Source: Candidatus Poribacteria bacterium
GTDB taxonomy: Bacteria; Poribacteria; WGA-4E; WGA-3G
Length of the DNA stretch: 64,000 nt
Assembly (NCBI GenBank): GCA_963665235.2
Contig: CAXXLX010000001.1
Span: forward strand, 3,424,001-3,488,000
Reading direction: 5' to 3'
Shown here one piece after another: positions 28,327-37,934 of this stretch (the first letter of the stretch is position 1; each line of letters starts with the position of its first letter). Under the pieces are notes generated by a model that saw only the letters and a program-made list of their open reading frames with translations, had not been told where the DNA came from and did no database searches. The position numbers and the translations under genes are program-made.

Positions 28327-31300
28327 TTAAAAACTAATATTTGAGCTGCCATCCCCCCGTTTTCTAACGTTGATTTTGACAGGCAAACGTTTCGTTAGTT
28401 CTTGAATGTGACTAATAAGATAGATGCTGCGTCCCTGCATGCGGAGCCCTTCCAATGCGGCAATAGCGATGTCAAGGGTTTCCGCATCGAGCGTTCCAAA
28501 TCCCTCGTCGAGGAACAACGAATTGAGCTGGGCGCGCCCCTGGCTGAGTTCAGAGAGGGCAAGTGCTAATGCAAGGCTTGTCAGGAAAGATTCACCCCCA
28601 GACAACGTTTCAACGGGCCGCTCCTCGTTGGCATTCCACCGGTCGATGATTCTCAATTTACCGATGGTTTCAACTTTGAGTTGATAACGGTCCGAGGTGA
28701 GGTATGCTAACTGACCGTTGGCTATCCGGGCGACCTGTTGGAACATAATATCTAATGCGAAATCGCGAAGGTCGTTTTTTGGAATTGTATCTTGCAAATT
28801 TTTCCAACGTTCTAGCTCCTGCTTCGCGGCGTTTACTTCGCCAGCGAGCTCCTCCCGTTTTTTGAGGGCTTCTTTCATCTTTTCAATTTCCTGCCCCTGT
28901 GCACCGATGTTCTGTAGCGTTTCTTGGATTTGCCTCGCGATTTCTTCGAGTTCCGCGTTAATTCGCGGCAATTTCTCCGAATCAAACGGGGTTTCGTCAA
29001 ATCGGGTTCGCAACTCCGTAATTTCCACCGCAAGTTGCTGCTTTTCCTTTTCATAATCATCAATCTTGTCGGTGAGTTCTTGCCGCTCCGTTTCGTCTCG
29101 GAACGCGCTGTCGTGGGCTGTTGGTGAGTCGAATCCTGCTTCCGCTAGCTTATTGAAATAGGTTGCCCTTGTCGCCTCAAACTTCTGATGAGCTTCACTA
29201 TGTCGCCCTTTGCACATCGCGTGGGCGGTCTGTTTTTGAATAGACACGTCGCGGCTCTCTTTTAATTGCTGTTCGGCTTTAGCGCGTGTGTTTTCCTTCG
29301 TCTGCAAGTCCGCGTCTAGCTTACCGATAGCGGTGTCAATCTCATTTTCCGTTGCTAATCCATCGGTTTTCTGACGCACGGTATCCAGAAATGCCTCGCC
29401 TTCGCTTTGATATCGTTCAATCTCCGCTTGCAATTCAGCGTGCTGTTTTTGCAACCCTTCAAGGTTGCCTTCATCTGCTTGGATATCGGAGCTAAGCAGT
29501 TTTAGGTCTGTCTCTGTTTTGCGAAGTTCCGCCTCCCGCTCCGCGACAGCGTTTATTTTGTTAGTAAACTGCTCTACAGCCTCGGCAGGTGCGATACCGT
29601 GAAATGCATCGGGCATTGATTCCCAAAAACGGGTTTCAGCCGATGCAATGTCTACCTTCAAATCTTCCAGGGAATTGTTGATAGTGTCAAGTTGTTCAGT
29701 AGAGTCTTCTAGGTCCTGCGTTTCGCGCGTGATGTCCTTTTCGCAGGTTTCAAGTTGTAGCGATACCGTGTCGGATGTATTCGATGCTTTCAGGCGTGCC
29801 TGTTCCGCTTTTCCGAGGTTCGCGATGGCCGTATCTGCTGCTGCAATCTGCTCACCTATCCATTCAGATGAAATAGCAGCGTCCGGGTAGAACTCCCGCC
29901 ACTGTGTGAGGCATCGTTCGGTGTCCCCTGTCAGCTCCGCTATTTCTGTAGTGCATTCTGCAATCTGATGAGTCGTGTTTTGACTATTCTGTTCGGTTTG
30001 AACCTGTCGCGTTTCCAAACGCCGCTTCTCCGTTTCGGCAGTTTCTGCATCGGCTTCTGCCTCTGCTAAGGCGTTTTCAGCGTTGCGAAGCAGTGCTTCA
30101 CCTTCAGGTTCCACGGTACCGGCATAAGGATGTTCTGTCGCGCCACATACCAAGCACGGCTCTCCTGTGTGGAGGTGTTGCCGGAATTCGTTAATAGGGT
30201 TTGCCCATTTTGCAGATTGTAGGGACTCTTCACAACGTTGGACAGCCTCCGCCGCGTCCTGACACACCGCCGCTTGCTCTTCCAATTCGTCTCCGAGCTC
30301 CGCCAATTCTGTATTTAACTCAGCCTGGGTCGATTCCAATTCGTGCAAACGCTCTTTGGTTTTCAATAGGTCATCTTTCGCTGTTTCATATTTCTGGGTG
30401 CTGGGTTGTGCTTTGACCGCCTGCTGTTTTCGGGTATCCCATTCTGCTTGGGTACCAGCTGTCTGTAGGGTGTGCAATTCAGTGGCCGCTTCTTTCAATT
30501 CCGCCGTTGCTGTCTCCTTTTCCGCAAGAAGTTTTTCACGCGTCTTGGACAATTTTTTAATCTTGCGCGTCAACGATGCAACTTTTTTGTCCTGCGTCTC
30601 CTTGTCAGACAGTGTCCGTTCGAATTGCTCTTTGTATCTATTCAGCTCAGCTGATAGGAGGTTGACTCGGGTAAGCCGCGCCTGTCTGTCTAATGGAAGC
30701 GGATTCTCATCCAAAAAACGCTGCGCCTCGGCAATCTGCTGTTCAAACGTTGCCTGCTTCGTTTGCTTCTCATCTAATTCGGTTGACAGTGCGTCGATGT
30801 CCGCATCCAGTTCTTCCTGTTTAGCGATTTGGATTTCCGCTTGTTCAAATCGGTTTTCTGCCTGTTGGACAACCAATCTCGCCTCGTTGTAGCTCTTAAT
30901 TTTCCGGTCACGTTCGGTGGATGCATGCTGATAAACCTGCTCCTTCTCCTCAAAATCGGTTTGATGCGCCGCAAATTGCTTTTGCGCATCCGAATGCTCG
31001 GTTTCAGCCTGAAGAAGTGCATTGCCTGCTTTTTTAAGGTCTGTGCTAGCGGTATCGAACGCCAGTTTTTCAGGACGCAGTCCACTTGCCTGCTCCGCGC
31101 GTTTGAGCTCCGCTTCACAGTCCTCTATCTCCGGTTGCTGTTCGGAGAGCTCCTCTTCGCGTTCTTTCAAAGACTGGAGTTTTTCAAATTCCTCTGCTCG
31201 CTTTGTCTCCCGCTCCTTTTCTGTCTGCTTCTGCCGGTTTTTTGCATTTAAGCTGTCGACCGACGTTCTCAGTCTGCCAAGTTCCATCTCGACATCAGCA

Positions 31301-31965
31301 AGCTGTTCAGGCGTAATTTCAGGAATACCCTCCTGTTTTTGTGAGACTTTCTGATATTCAGCTTCAACCGTGTTTACCTTATCATTTAGTGCTTTTTTCA
31401 GTTCATCATAGATGCTGACACTTGCGGCGGCTTCGAGGATTGTCCGTCTATCTTCGTCCTTTGCTTTCAAAAACGCCGCGAATTCGCCTTGTGCCAACAT
31501 GATAGAACGTTTAAACGCCTCGAAATCAAGTCCCAAGATAGCCGTTATCTCTTCACTGACTGTGTTTTTATTGGCACCAAGGGATTTGCCTTGTGTGGAT
31601 AGTCTATCGGTAATGAGTTCGCCGGTATCAGCATACAACAACTTTCCACTCCGAGGGGCTTTGCGTTTAGCGGACCACTCGGCGATATAACGGGTACCGT
31701 TCGCCATAAAATGCACTTCAGCAAACGCCTCGTTCTCGCCATGACTGATGAGGTGATTCGGATTTTGCGTGCCGGTGCCGCTTAAGCGTGGGGTTTTATT
31801 GTAAAGCGCAACACAAATCGCATCTAATAACGTCGTTTTACCTGACCCCGTTGGTCCCGTAATTGCCACAAGCGATGCGTCATCTAACGGCGGTTTTTCA
31901 AAATCAAGTTCAACCGCAACACGAAAGCTATTGAGATTCTTAAGTTTCAGTTTACATAATTTCAT
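28327..31965 (-). CDS. sbcC: SMC-family exonuclease subunit
   Basis: TGPTGSGKTT, MLAQGEFAAFL, CLVCG hook, coiled coils, TLSGGESF, LFLDEGFGTLD. Confidence 0.95.
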   Translation of the reverse strand: MKLCKLKLKNLNSFRVAVELDFEKPPLDDASLVAITGPTGSGKTTLLDAICVALYNKTPRLSGTGTQNPNHLISHGENEAFAEVHFMANGTRYIAEWSAKRKAPRSGKLLYADTGELITDRLSTQGKSLGANKNTVSEEITAILGLDFEAFKRSIMLAQGEFAAFLKAKDEDRRTILEAAASVSIYDELKKALNDKVNTVEAEYQKVSQKQEGIPEITPEQLADVEMELGRLRTSVDSLNAKNRQKQTEKERETKRAEEFEKLQSLKEREEELSEQQPEIEDCEAELKRAEQASGLRPEKLAFDTASTDLKKAGNALLQAETEHSDAQKQFAAHQTDFEEKEQVYQHASTERDRKIKSYNEARLVVQQAENRFEQAEIQIAKQEELDADIDALSTELDEKQTKQATFEQQIAEAQRFLDENPLPLDRQARLTRVNLLSAELNRYKEQFERTLSDKETQDKKVASLTRKIKKLSKTREKLLAEKETATAELKEAATELHTLQTAGTQAEWDTRKQQAVKAQPSTQKYETAKDDLLKTKERLHELESTQAELNTELAELGDELEEQAAVCQDAAEAVQRCEESLQSAKWANPINEFRQHLHTGEPCLVCGATEHPYAGTVEPEGEALLRNAENALAEAEADAETAETEKRRLETRQVQTEQNSQNTTHQIAECTTEIAELTGDTERCLTQWREFYPDAAISSEWIGEQIAAADTAIANLGKAEQARLKASNTSDTVSLQLETCEKDITRETQDLEDSTEQLDTINNSLEDLKVDIASAETRFWESMPDAFHGIAPAEAVEQFTNKINAVAEREAELRKTETDLKLLSSDIQADEGNLEGLQKQHAELQAEIERYQSEGEAFLDTVRQKTDGLATENEIDTAIGKLDADLQTKENTRAKAEQQLKESRDVSIQKQTAHAMCKGRHSEAHQKFEATRATYFNKLAEAGFDSPTAHDSAFRDETERQELTDKIDDYEKEKQQLAVEITELRTRFDETPFDSEKLPRINAELEEIARQIQETLQNIGAQGQEIEKMKEALKKREELAGEVNAAKQELERWKNLQDTIPKNDLRDFALDIMFQQVARIANGQLAYLTSDRYQLKVETIGKLRIIDRWNANEERPVETLSGGESFLTSLALALALSELSQGRAQLNSLFLDEGFGTLDAETLDIAIAALEGLRMQGRSIYLISHIQELTKRLPVKINVRKRGDGSSNISF

Positions 31966-33134
31966 ACGGATTTCTCCACCATCCCGACTAATTCATTAAA
32001 TGTTTGCATTAAAGCCTCACCAGGGGCAGCTCCCTCGAAATTTGCCTTGTGAAATTCGGCAAAGATTTCCTCCGGCCTTTTCATCGCTTCAACGGAGATT
32101 TTGGGACCCTGCGCGGCTTCCGGTGCTTCAATTTCAACGCTTAGCACTTCGCCGCCGCGTCGGTCAAAAGCTTGACGAATTTTATCGCTGATGCCAACCT
32201 TGGGTTTGCTCAATACTAACTTGACCTGGATGTATTTGTCTTTCCAATTCCCTGTCATTGCTTCTGATAGGATAGCGGTTTCATCCCCTTCAACAGTGCA
32301 TAATTCCTTGAAAATGGGAATCTCAATCTCTCTATCTTGCGCCAGCGTGCCATCGTCAGACATTTCTAGCAGGTACACCTTTTTGCGATACCCCGCTTCG
32401 TTGAAACGCATCGGAATCGGTGAGCCTGAATATCGGATTGGATAACTGGTACCATTAAACGTTTGCGGTCTGTGGAGATGCCCAAGTGCAACATAATTGA
32501 CCCCTTCCGGAAAATCGCTCAGCCGAATTGCACTAGCCCCTCCAATCTGGATGTTTCGTTCGGATAGGGTCTCTTCTCCGCCGTATAAAAAGAGGTGTCC
32601 CATCAAAATTTTAGGGAGCTCCGGGGGCATGTGAGAGACACAATCCGCATAGAACGTCTTGAGTTGTTCGCGAAACCGTTCACTCTTTTCTACCTCCGAT
32701 TCGTAAGAGATATGTCGGAGTGCACTTTCCCGGAGATATGGGACCGCTGCAACAGCAACGCGCGGGTTTTCGGGTGGCAACGCGAAAACACATTCGCTCG
32801 GCTCTTCCGCAAGTCCAACGACGTGAATCCTCCCCATTTTAAGGAATTCGCGTGGGGCCTCCAGGTGTTGAGATGAATCGTGATTACCGGCAATAATCAC
32901 AGTGTAGGCATCCGTCTCATCAAAAAGACGATAAAGAAACCGATAATAGAGCTCTGTTGCTTCCGCGGCGGGAAGGGATGTATCGAAGATATCCCCCGAA
33001 ACGAGCAGAAGTTCAACCTGATGTTTCTGGATTGTCTCAAGAAGCCAATCCAGAAATTGTTCATGTTCGTCAAGTCGCTGTCGTTCGTGAAGTCTTTGTC
33101 CGATATGCCAATCGGCTGTGTGCAAAATTCGCAT
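31962..33134 (-). CDS. sbcD: Exonuclease SbcCD nuclease subunit
   Basis: LHTADWHIG, GDIFD, AGNHDS, YVALGHLH, YSGSP. Confidence 0.95.
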   Translation of the reverse strand: MRILHTADWHIGQRLHERQRLDEHEQFLDWLLETIQKHQVELLLVSGDIFDTSLPAAEATELYYRFLYRLFDETDAYTVIIAGNHDSSQHLEAPREFLKMGRIHVVGLAEEPSECVFALPPENPRVAVAAVPYLRESALRHISYESEVEKSERFREQLKTFYADCVSHMPPELPKILMGHLFLYGGEETLSERNIQIGGASAIRLSDFPEGVNYVALGHLHRPQTFNGTSYPIRYSGSPIPMRFNEAGYRKKVYLLEMSDDGTLAQDREIEIPIFKELCTVEGDETAILSEAMTGNWKDKYIQVKLVLSKPKVGISDKIRQAFDRRGGEVLSVEIEAPEAAQGPKISVEAMKRPEEIFAEFHKANFEGAAPGEALMQTFNELVGMVEKSV

Positions 33135-33234
33135 GCGTACCTCTTTTTTTGATTTTTTTTCCTGTTTTTATGATATAATAATTGCATAAAATTTTCAAGT
33201 AGAAATTTTGGCTTAAGCTATTTAAGGAGAAAAA

Positions 33235-33984
33235 ATGCGTTTTAGAAATCTATCTGTTGTATTCACAGGGTTGTTGCTCGTGACTATTTTTGCTGTAGTG
33301 AATAATACGTCAGCGGCACTGTTCTTTCACGACGATTTTGAGCAGGATAGCATCGGCAACGAGCCTAAGAAATGGGACATCGGGTTTGCGGGAAAAACAA
33401 AGGCTGAAGTCGTCGCCGACCCGAAAGATGCAAAGAATAAGGTGTTGATGACTTCCGACAAAGCCTCTAACGCATCACGACACGATGGCCCTGGCGGGTC
33501 CATTTATGTCGCTGGCGATGCGGATTGGGACGATTACGTCGCTGAATGGGACATGATGTTTCCCGATGACTTCTATATGGGGGTTGTCTTTCGCTTTCAA
33601 AGTGGCGAGAAATTCTATCTCAGCGACCGTCGGCAAGGCGGAAGCGCATACCAATTCTATAAACGTCAAAACGGCGGTTGGCCGCTTATAGGCAATGGAC
33701 AGGTAGCAAACAAACCTCAAGTGTGGTACCGCGCACAACTTACGTTGGATGGCGATAAATTCACATTTAAACTCAAGGAACGCGATGATACAACACCTTT
33801 CGAAAATGTTGCTGTAGCTACTGAAGCTACGGATGGTGATTATAAGACCGGTAAGTTCGGCAATTACGGACTGGTCTATATTGATAACCTTTTCATCGGC
33901 GATGGTGTTGAAGATTTGGTTTTGCCTGTGGAACCGCAGGATAAATTAAGCACAACTTGGGGGACTATTAAAGCCGCCTATTAA
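33235..33984 (+). CDS. Secreted beta-sandwich (LamG/DUF1080-like) protein with Poribacteria-type C-terminal motif
   Basis: Signal peptide, FHDDFE, WDDY, WYR, IDNL; ends VEPQDKLSTTWGTIKAAY. Confidence 0.75.
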   Translation: MRFRNLSVVFTGLLLVTIFAVVNNTSAALFFHDDFEQDSIGNEPKKWDIGFAGKTKAEVVADPKDAKNKVLMTSDKASNASRHDGPGGSIYVAGDADWDDYVAEWDMMFPDDFYMGVVFRFQSGEKFYLSDRRQGGSAYQFYKRQNGGWPLIGNGQVANKPQVWYRAQLTLDGDKFTFKLKERDDTTPFENVAVATEATDGDYKTGKFGNYGLVYIDNLFIGDGVEDLVLPVEPQDKLSTTWGTIKAAY

Positions 33985-33997
33985 TGTTGGTAAAAGG

Positions 33998-34026
33998 TAG
34001 TAGGCACACGGCGTGTGTCTACTACC
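33998..34026. repeat. GTAG palindrome
   Basis: GTAGTAGGCACAC-ggc-GTGTGTCTACTAC; half-relative at 25641. Confidence 0.6.
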
Positions 34027-34044
34027 ATCAATGGAACTCACATT

Positions 34045-35322
34045 ATGTCAACGTACATTGCCCACGGTGGAAAAGACACTGTCATCACTGCCGCAGAAAA
34101 ACGCGCCTTGCTACACGAAGCACTGCTCAAATTGGGGGGTATTCCGAAAAAGATTTTGGTAGTGCCACCCGATATAACACGTCTCCACTCAAACGCTGGT
34201 GAACTCACCCGTATTCTCTATGAGTTGTGGGACACCGCAAACGGTACCACTTTTGACATATTGCCCGCTATCGGCACACATGCTCCGATGACCGATGCAC
34301 AAATTGCCGATATGTATGGCGATTTGCCCAAAGCGACATATCACGTCCACAACTGGCGCACCGGGCTATATCACTTCGGGGAGGTGCCATCCGAGTTTGT
34401 GCAGGAGGTTTCGGGCGGCAAACTTGATTATAGTATTCCTGTCGCCGTCCACCGCCAGCTCGTAGAAGGTGATTACGAACTTATCCTCTCCGTTGGACAG
34501 GTCATTCCACACGAAGTTATCGGTATCGCCAACGGGTTTAAAAACATCCTCGTCGGTGCAGGTGGGGTTGAGATGATTAACAAATCCCATTTCCTCGGTG
34601 CTGTAGATGGTATGGAACGTCTCATGGGGCGAACCGATACCTCTGTCAGGCGGGTGTTGAATTACGCACACGCGCATTACTTGAAGCAGCTCGGTATTGT
34701 GTATGTTATGAGTGTTATGGATGTGTCACAGAATGGTGAACGTGTCATGCGGGGTCTTTACGTCGGCGATGATGCACGCACCTTTGAAATCGCCGCTGAA
34801 TTAAGTAGAGCCGTTAATATGACATTCCTTGACACCCCTCTAACGAAGGTAGTCGTTTATTTGGACCCGCGGGAGTTCAAAAGCACGTGGCTCGGTAACA
34901 AGGCAATCTACCGCACACGCATGGCAATGGCAGACGATGGTGAGCTGATTATCATTGCCCCCGGGCTCCGCGAATTTGGTGAGGATGCTGAAATTGACCG
35001 GCTCATTCGAAAATACGGGTATCGTGGCACCCCCGCGACGCTTGCTGCTGTTAAAGAAAACCCGGAGTTACAGGAAAATCTCTCCGCTGCTGCGCACCTG
35101 ATTCACGGCAGTACCGAGGGACGTTTTAAGGTCACTTATGCGACAGAACACCTCACTCAAACCGAAATTGAATCGGTTGGGTATCAGTGGGCCCCTGTAG
35201 AGGACGTGCTTTCGGAATACAATCCTGAAATACTTGTTGATGGGTTTAACGACGATGGATTTTTCTATATCAGTGAACCGGGACAGGGGTTGTGGGCACT
35301 ACGTTCGCGGTTTGATGAATAG
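34045..35322 (+). CDS. LarA (lactate racemase)-domain protein
   Basis: VPPDITR, AIGTHAPMT, HNW, PHEVIG, KAIY, SAAAHLIHGS. Confidence 0.8.
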   Translation: MSTYIAHGGKDTVITAAEKRALLHEALLKLGGIPKKILVVPPDITRLHSNAGELTRILYELWDTANGTTFDILPAIGTHAPMTDAQIADMYGDLPKATYHVHNWRTGLYHFGEVPSEFVQEVSGGKLDYSIPVAVHRQLVEGDYELILSVGQVIPHEVIGIANGFKNILVGAGGVEMINKSHFLGAVDGMERLMGRTDTSVRRVLNYAHAHYLKQLGIVYVMSVMDVSQNGERVMRGLYVGDDARTFEIAAELSRAVNMTFLDTPLTKVVVYLDPREFKSTWLGNKAIYRTRMAMADDGELIIIAPGLREFGEDAEIDRLIRKYGYRGTPATLAAVKENPELQENLSAAAHLIHGSTEGRFKVTYATEHLTQTEIESVGYQWAPVEDVLSEYNPEILVDGFNDDGFFYISEPGQGLWALRSRFDE

Positions 35323-35352
35323 ATAAATTTCCATAGAAAGAAGGAGAGTAGA

Positions 35353-35571
35353 ATGCAACTGTTTAAGGTTATTGTAGAAAAACATACTGATGGTTATGTC
35401 GCCTATCCGATTGGGCTGAAAGGTGTTGTTATAGGGCAAGGCGATACGGACAAAGAAAGTGTTGAGGATGTAACCTCTGCAATTCGGTTTTGTGTTGAGG
35501 CTTTTGGAAAAGAAGAGCTCGAAGCTGAGGAACCTGCCCTGGACGTTTTCGTAACCGAAGTGAATGTCTGA
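35353..35571 (+). CDS. HicB-family antitoxin (short, orphan)
   Basis: VIVEKHTDGYVAYP...QGDT.KE...V..AI; SD AAGGAG; no HicA ORF adjacent. Confidence 0.75.
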   Translation: MQLFKVIVEKHTDGYVAYPIGLKGVVIGQGDTDKESVEDVTSAIRFCVEAFGKEELEAEEPALDVFVTEVNV

Positions 35572-35697
35572 TGCCTTGTTTTCTAAAGTGAATAGGGACA
35601 AAATATGTTTACAGAAAACGCAAACACAACACAACCCTAGCCCCAGCGGGGCGGTATGTTTATAGAAAACCACAACGCGAACTTGTGTTTTTTTAAC

Positions 35698-35726
35698 TTG
35701 TATTGTGCTAACAAATATGGTATAAT
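35698..35726 (+). promoter_or_regulatory. Sigma70 promoter upstream of the omegaRNA-like element and helicase
   Basis: TTGTAT-17-TATAAT with extended -10 TGG. Confidence 0.7.
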
Positions 35727-35732
35727 ATACAT

Positions 35733-35897
35733 ATAAGATTAAAGTATCTGGGACTATTTAACAAGTTCCTGTTAGCGGGTTCCGTGACAGACCCCGCCGG
35801 ATACCGTTTAGCGGTGCGACGGTTGCCCCGCTTGAACGGAGAACGTCCCCTGGATGGACGAAAGAATCCCATAGGTTTTAGCCGTGGGAGGTGTCAA
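35733..35897 (+). ncRNA. Orphan IS200/IS605 right-end (TnpB omegaRNA-like) structured element
   Basis: Five or more stems; ends TTGAAC...GAATCCCATAGGTTTTAGCCGTGGGAGGTGTCAA, which resembles the IS605 right-end pattern; no tnpA or tnpB nearby. Confidence 0.65.
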
Positions 35898-35930
35898 TAC
35901 ACTGCTATATGCTGGAAAGGAGACAGTGAT

Positions 35931-37868
35931 ATGTCTATAATGATTCCTGATGTAATTTCCGATAGTGCTTCGGATGCCAAGAAAAAGATATTTGAACAAC
36001 TCAAAGGCGTTGCTCAATCCAGAAATTGGGAAGTATTACATTCAATTACCATAAATTCAAGAGAGATTGATTTTGTCATTTTAGTTCCTGACCGTTGTTC
36101 TGTCATTTGTCTTAAGGTGGCGACAAACGATTCTTATGACCTTGTAAAAGAGGCCCTTGGACATGCCAAGAAGGACATGGAAGCCTTGAGATCGGAGTTC
36201 CCAGGCTACTTTCAAGATGATTCTTTACTCTTCCTTGGTTCCAATGCAGTATCCGTAAAGGAGCCCCCGAAAGAGGTAAAGGAGCCCCCGAAAGAGGAAG
36301 ACATAGGCGGGAAATTGACAAGCTATATCTTTCAGGAATGCCCAGACGAAGTACAGCAAATATGTGAAAATTGGGGAGAGGATAGTAATACGGAAAGATA
36401 TCAGGAAGTACAGTTGATGCTGGATAAATTGCGATCTGAGTTGGTATCGACCGGTGAAACGATCACGACAATCGCAACCGTATTCCACGACAATTTGGAG
36501 ACTCACCGTCCACAGTTACTACGCCTGACAGACGATCAACTCAAAGTTTTGCAACTCGTCGGTTGTGAGCCGCCACCTACAATCCTACCTGAATCAGACG
36601 ATCGAATCCAAATTAATAGCCCGGAACCCATAAAGGTGCAACCCCGCTGTGTAGTTGATGGTGCGGCAGGCACTGGCAAAACAGTTCTCGCTATAGAAAT
36701 CGCTAGACAACTTTGCGAATCAGGCAAGACCGTCGGGATGCTGTGCAGCAACCCTTATTTGAGTCAACGTTTTGTGAATTGGGCAGAAACGCTCTCTGGT
36801 GATAACGGTGGTAAGATTATAGCAGGTACGCCCGCGAAACTGCCACTCCGAGCTTTCAGGGGAAACAGTAATCTTAAGAAGAAACATGAGCAACGGCTCA
36901 AAAAGTCGCCAGGTCTTGAAGGATCGCTGAAATTAGGTTATTTGGATAAAGGTTGGCAGGACTTTATAGTCGAAACAATTAAAGACTTGGATGCTTTGGA
37001 ACAAGGGCCTATTTTCGACTATCTGATTGTTGACGAGGCACAGAATTTGTGTGCCGAGATGTTTCTAAACCTCCAAAACGCGCTATTGAAGGGTGGGTTA
37101 AAAGATGGATGCTGGATAATGTTCGGTGATTTCACCAACCAGCAAATTGTCTCGCCAAACATTAAAATGGTCTGGGCAAAGTTTGCCAATTATTTCACCA
37201 ATCAGAGCCCCGTCTCCCCAGAGATTGGCACAAATCCGACATGGGAAGATGTGGTAAAACTTCTAAGGGAAATCGGGCTAGAAGGTGCCAGGTTAGAAGT
37301 TAATTGCCGGAATACACACGAGATAGCGGATAAAACTGCCAAGTTGGTTAGGCTCGGATCGCCACCGATGCTCGGGGTACATGGACCCCATGTTCAGATT
37401 GAATACTTCAACTCACAGGAAAACTTGACAGCGATCCTGGATAACTTGATATCTGATTGGCAAGATAGAAATTTCAAATCAAAGCAGATTATCCTGCTTT
37501 CCAGCGGCACTGGAGGTGAATTCAATACCGGTCGGGAGTATTCGGGATGGGAACTCCTTAACATAGCAGCAGAGCCCTCCGCTGGAAAAGATAATACACT
37601 CAAGTATAGCGATGTCTACGATTTCCAGGGTTTGGAAAGCGACTTGGTTATTCTTGTTCTTCCTCAAACTGAAGATATGGTTGAGTTAGCAGGTAGTCTC
37701 ACACTGCCCCGGGAAAAACACCTGAACAGGGTCCTCTATACCGGCATGAGTCGTGCTAGGGTAATGCTCGTTATTGTTGCCGATGAACATTGGGAGCGAA
37801 TCTTAAAGCGGCGCGAGCATCTGTATGTTATACTGGCAGAGTTACAACAAGCGAAGGAAGGGATGTAG
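35931..37868 (+). CDS. NERD-like domain + SF1 (UvrD-like) helicase/ATPase
   Basis: VLHS...EIDFVIL (NERD-like), GAAGTGKT, LIVDEAQ, NCRNT, FQGLESD, LYTGMSRA; SD AAGGAG; 21-bp duplication (VKEPPKE x2). Confidence 0.8.
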   Translation: MSIMIPDVISDSASDAKKKIFEQLKGVAQSRNWEVLHSITINSREIDFVILVPDRCSVICLKVATNDSYDLVKEALGHAKKDMEALRSEFPGYFQDDSLLFLGSNAVSVKEPPKEVKEPPKEEDIGGKLTSYIFQECPDEVQQICENWGEDSNTERYQEVQLMLDKLRSELVSTGETITTIATVFHDNLETHRPQLLRLTDDQLKVLQLVGCEPPPTILPESDDRIQINSPEPIKVQPRCVVDGAAGTGKTVLAIEIARQLCESGKTVGMLCSNPYLSQRFVNWAETLSGDNGGKIIAGTPAKLPLRAFRGNSNLKKKHEQRLKKSPGLEGSLKLGYLDKGWQDFIVETIKDLDALEQGPIFDYLIVDEAQNLCAEMFLNLQNALLKGGLKDGCWIMFGDFTNQQIVSPNIKMVWAKFANYFTNQSPVSPEIGTNPTWEDVVKLLREIGLEGARLEVNCRNTHEIADKTAKLVRLGSPPMLGVHGPHVQIEYFNSQENLTAILDNLISDWQDRNFKSKQIILLSSGTGGEFNTGREYSGWELLNIAAEPSAGKDNTLKYSDVYDFQGLESDLVILVLPQTEDMVELAGSLTLPREKHLNRVLYTGMSRARVMLVIVADEHWERILKRREHLYVILAELQQAKEGM

Positions 37869-37934
37869 TTGCCTTTTCCAATATTTATTTCAGCACAAGG
37901 CATTCATTTCAGCTTCCCCGATAGTTACCCTTAT

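Noticed and set aside
35784-35930. N-terminal extension of the helicase ORF from GTG 35784
   Set aside because: It reads through the structured RNA-like element; a good SD precedes ATG 35931.
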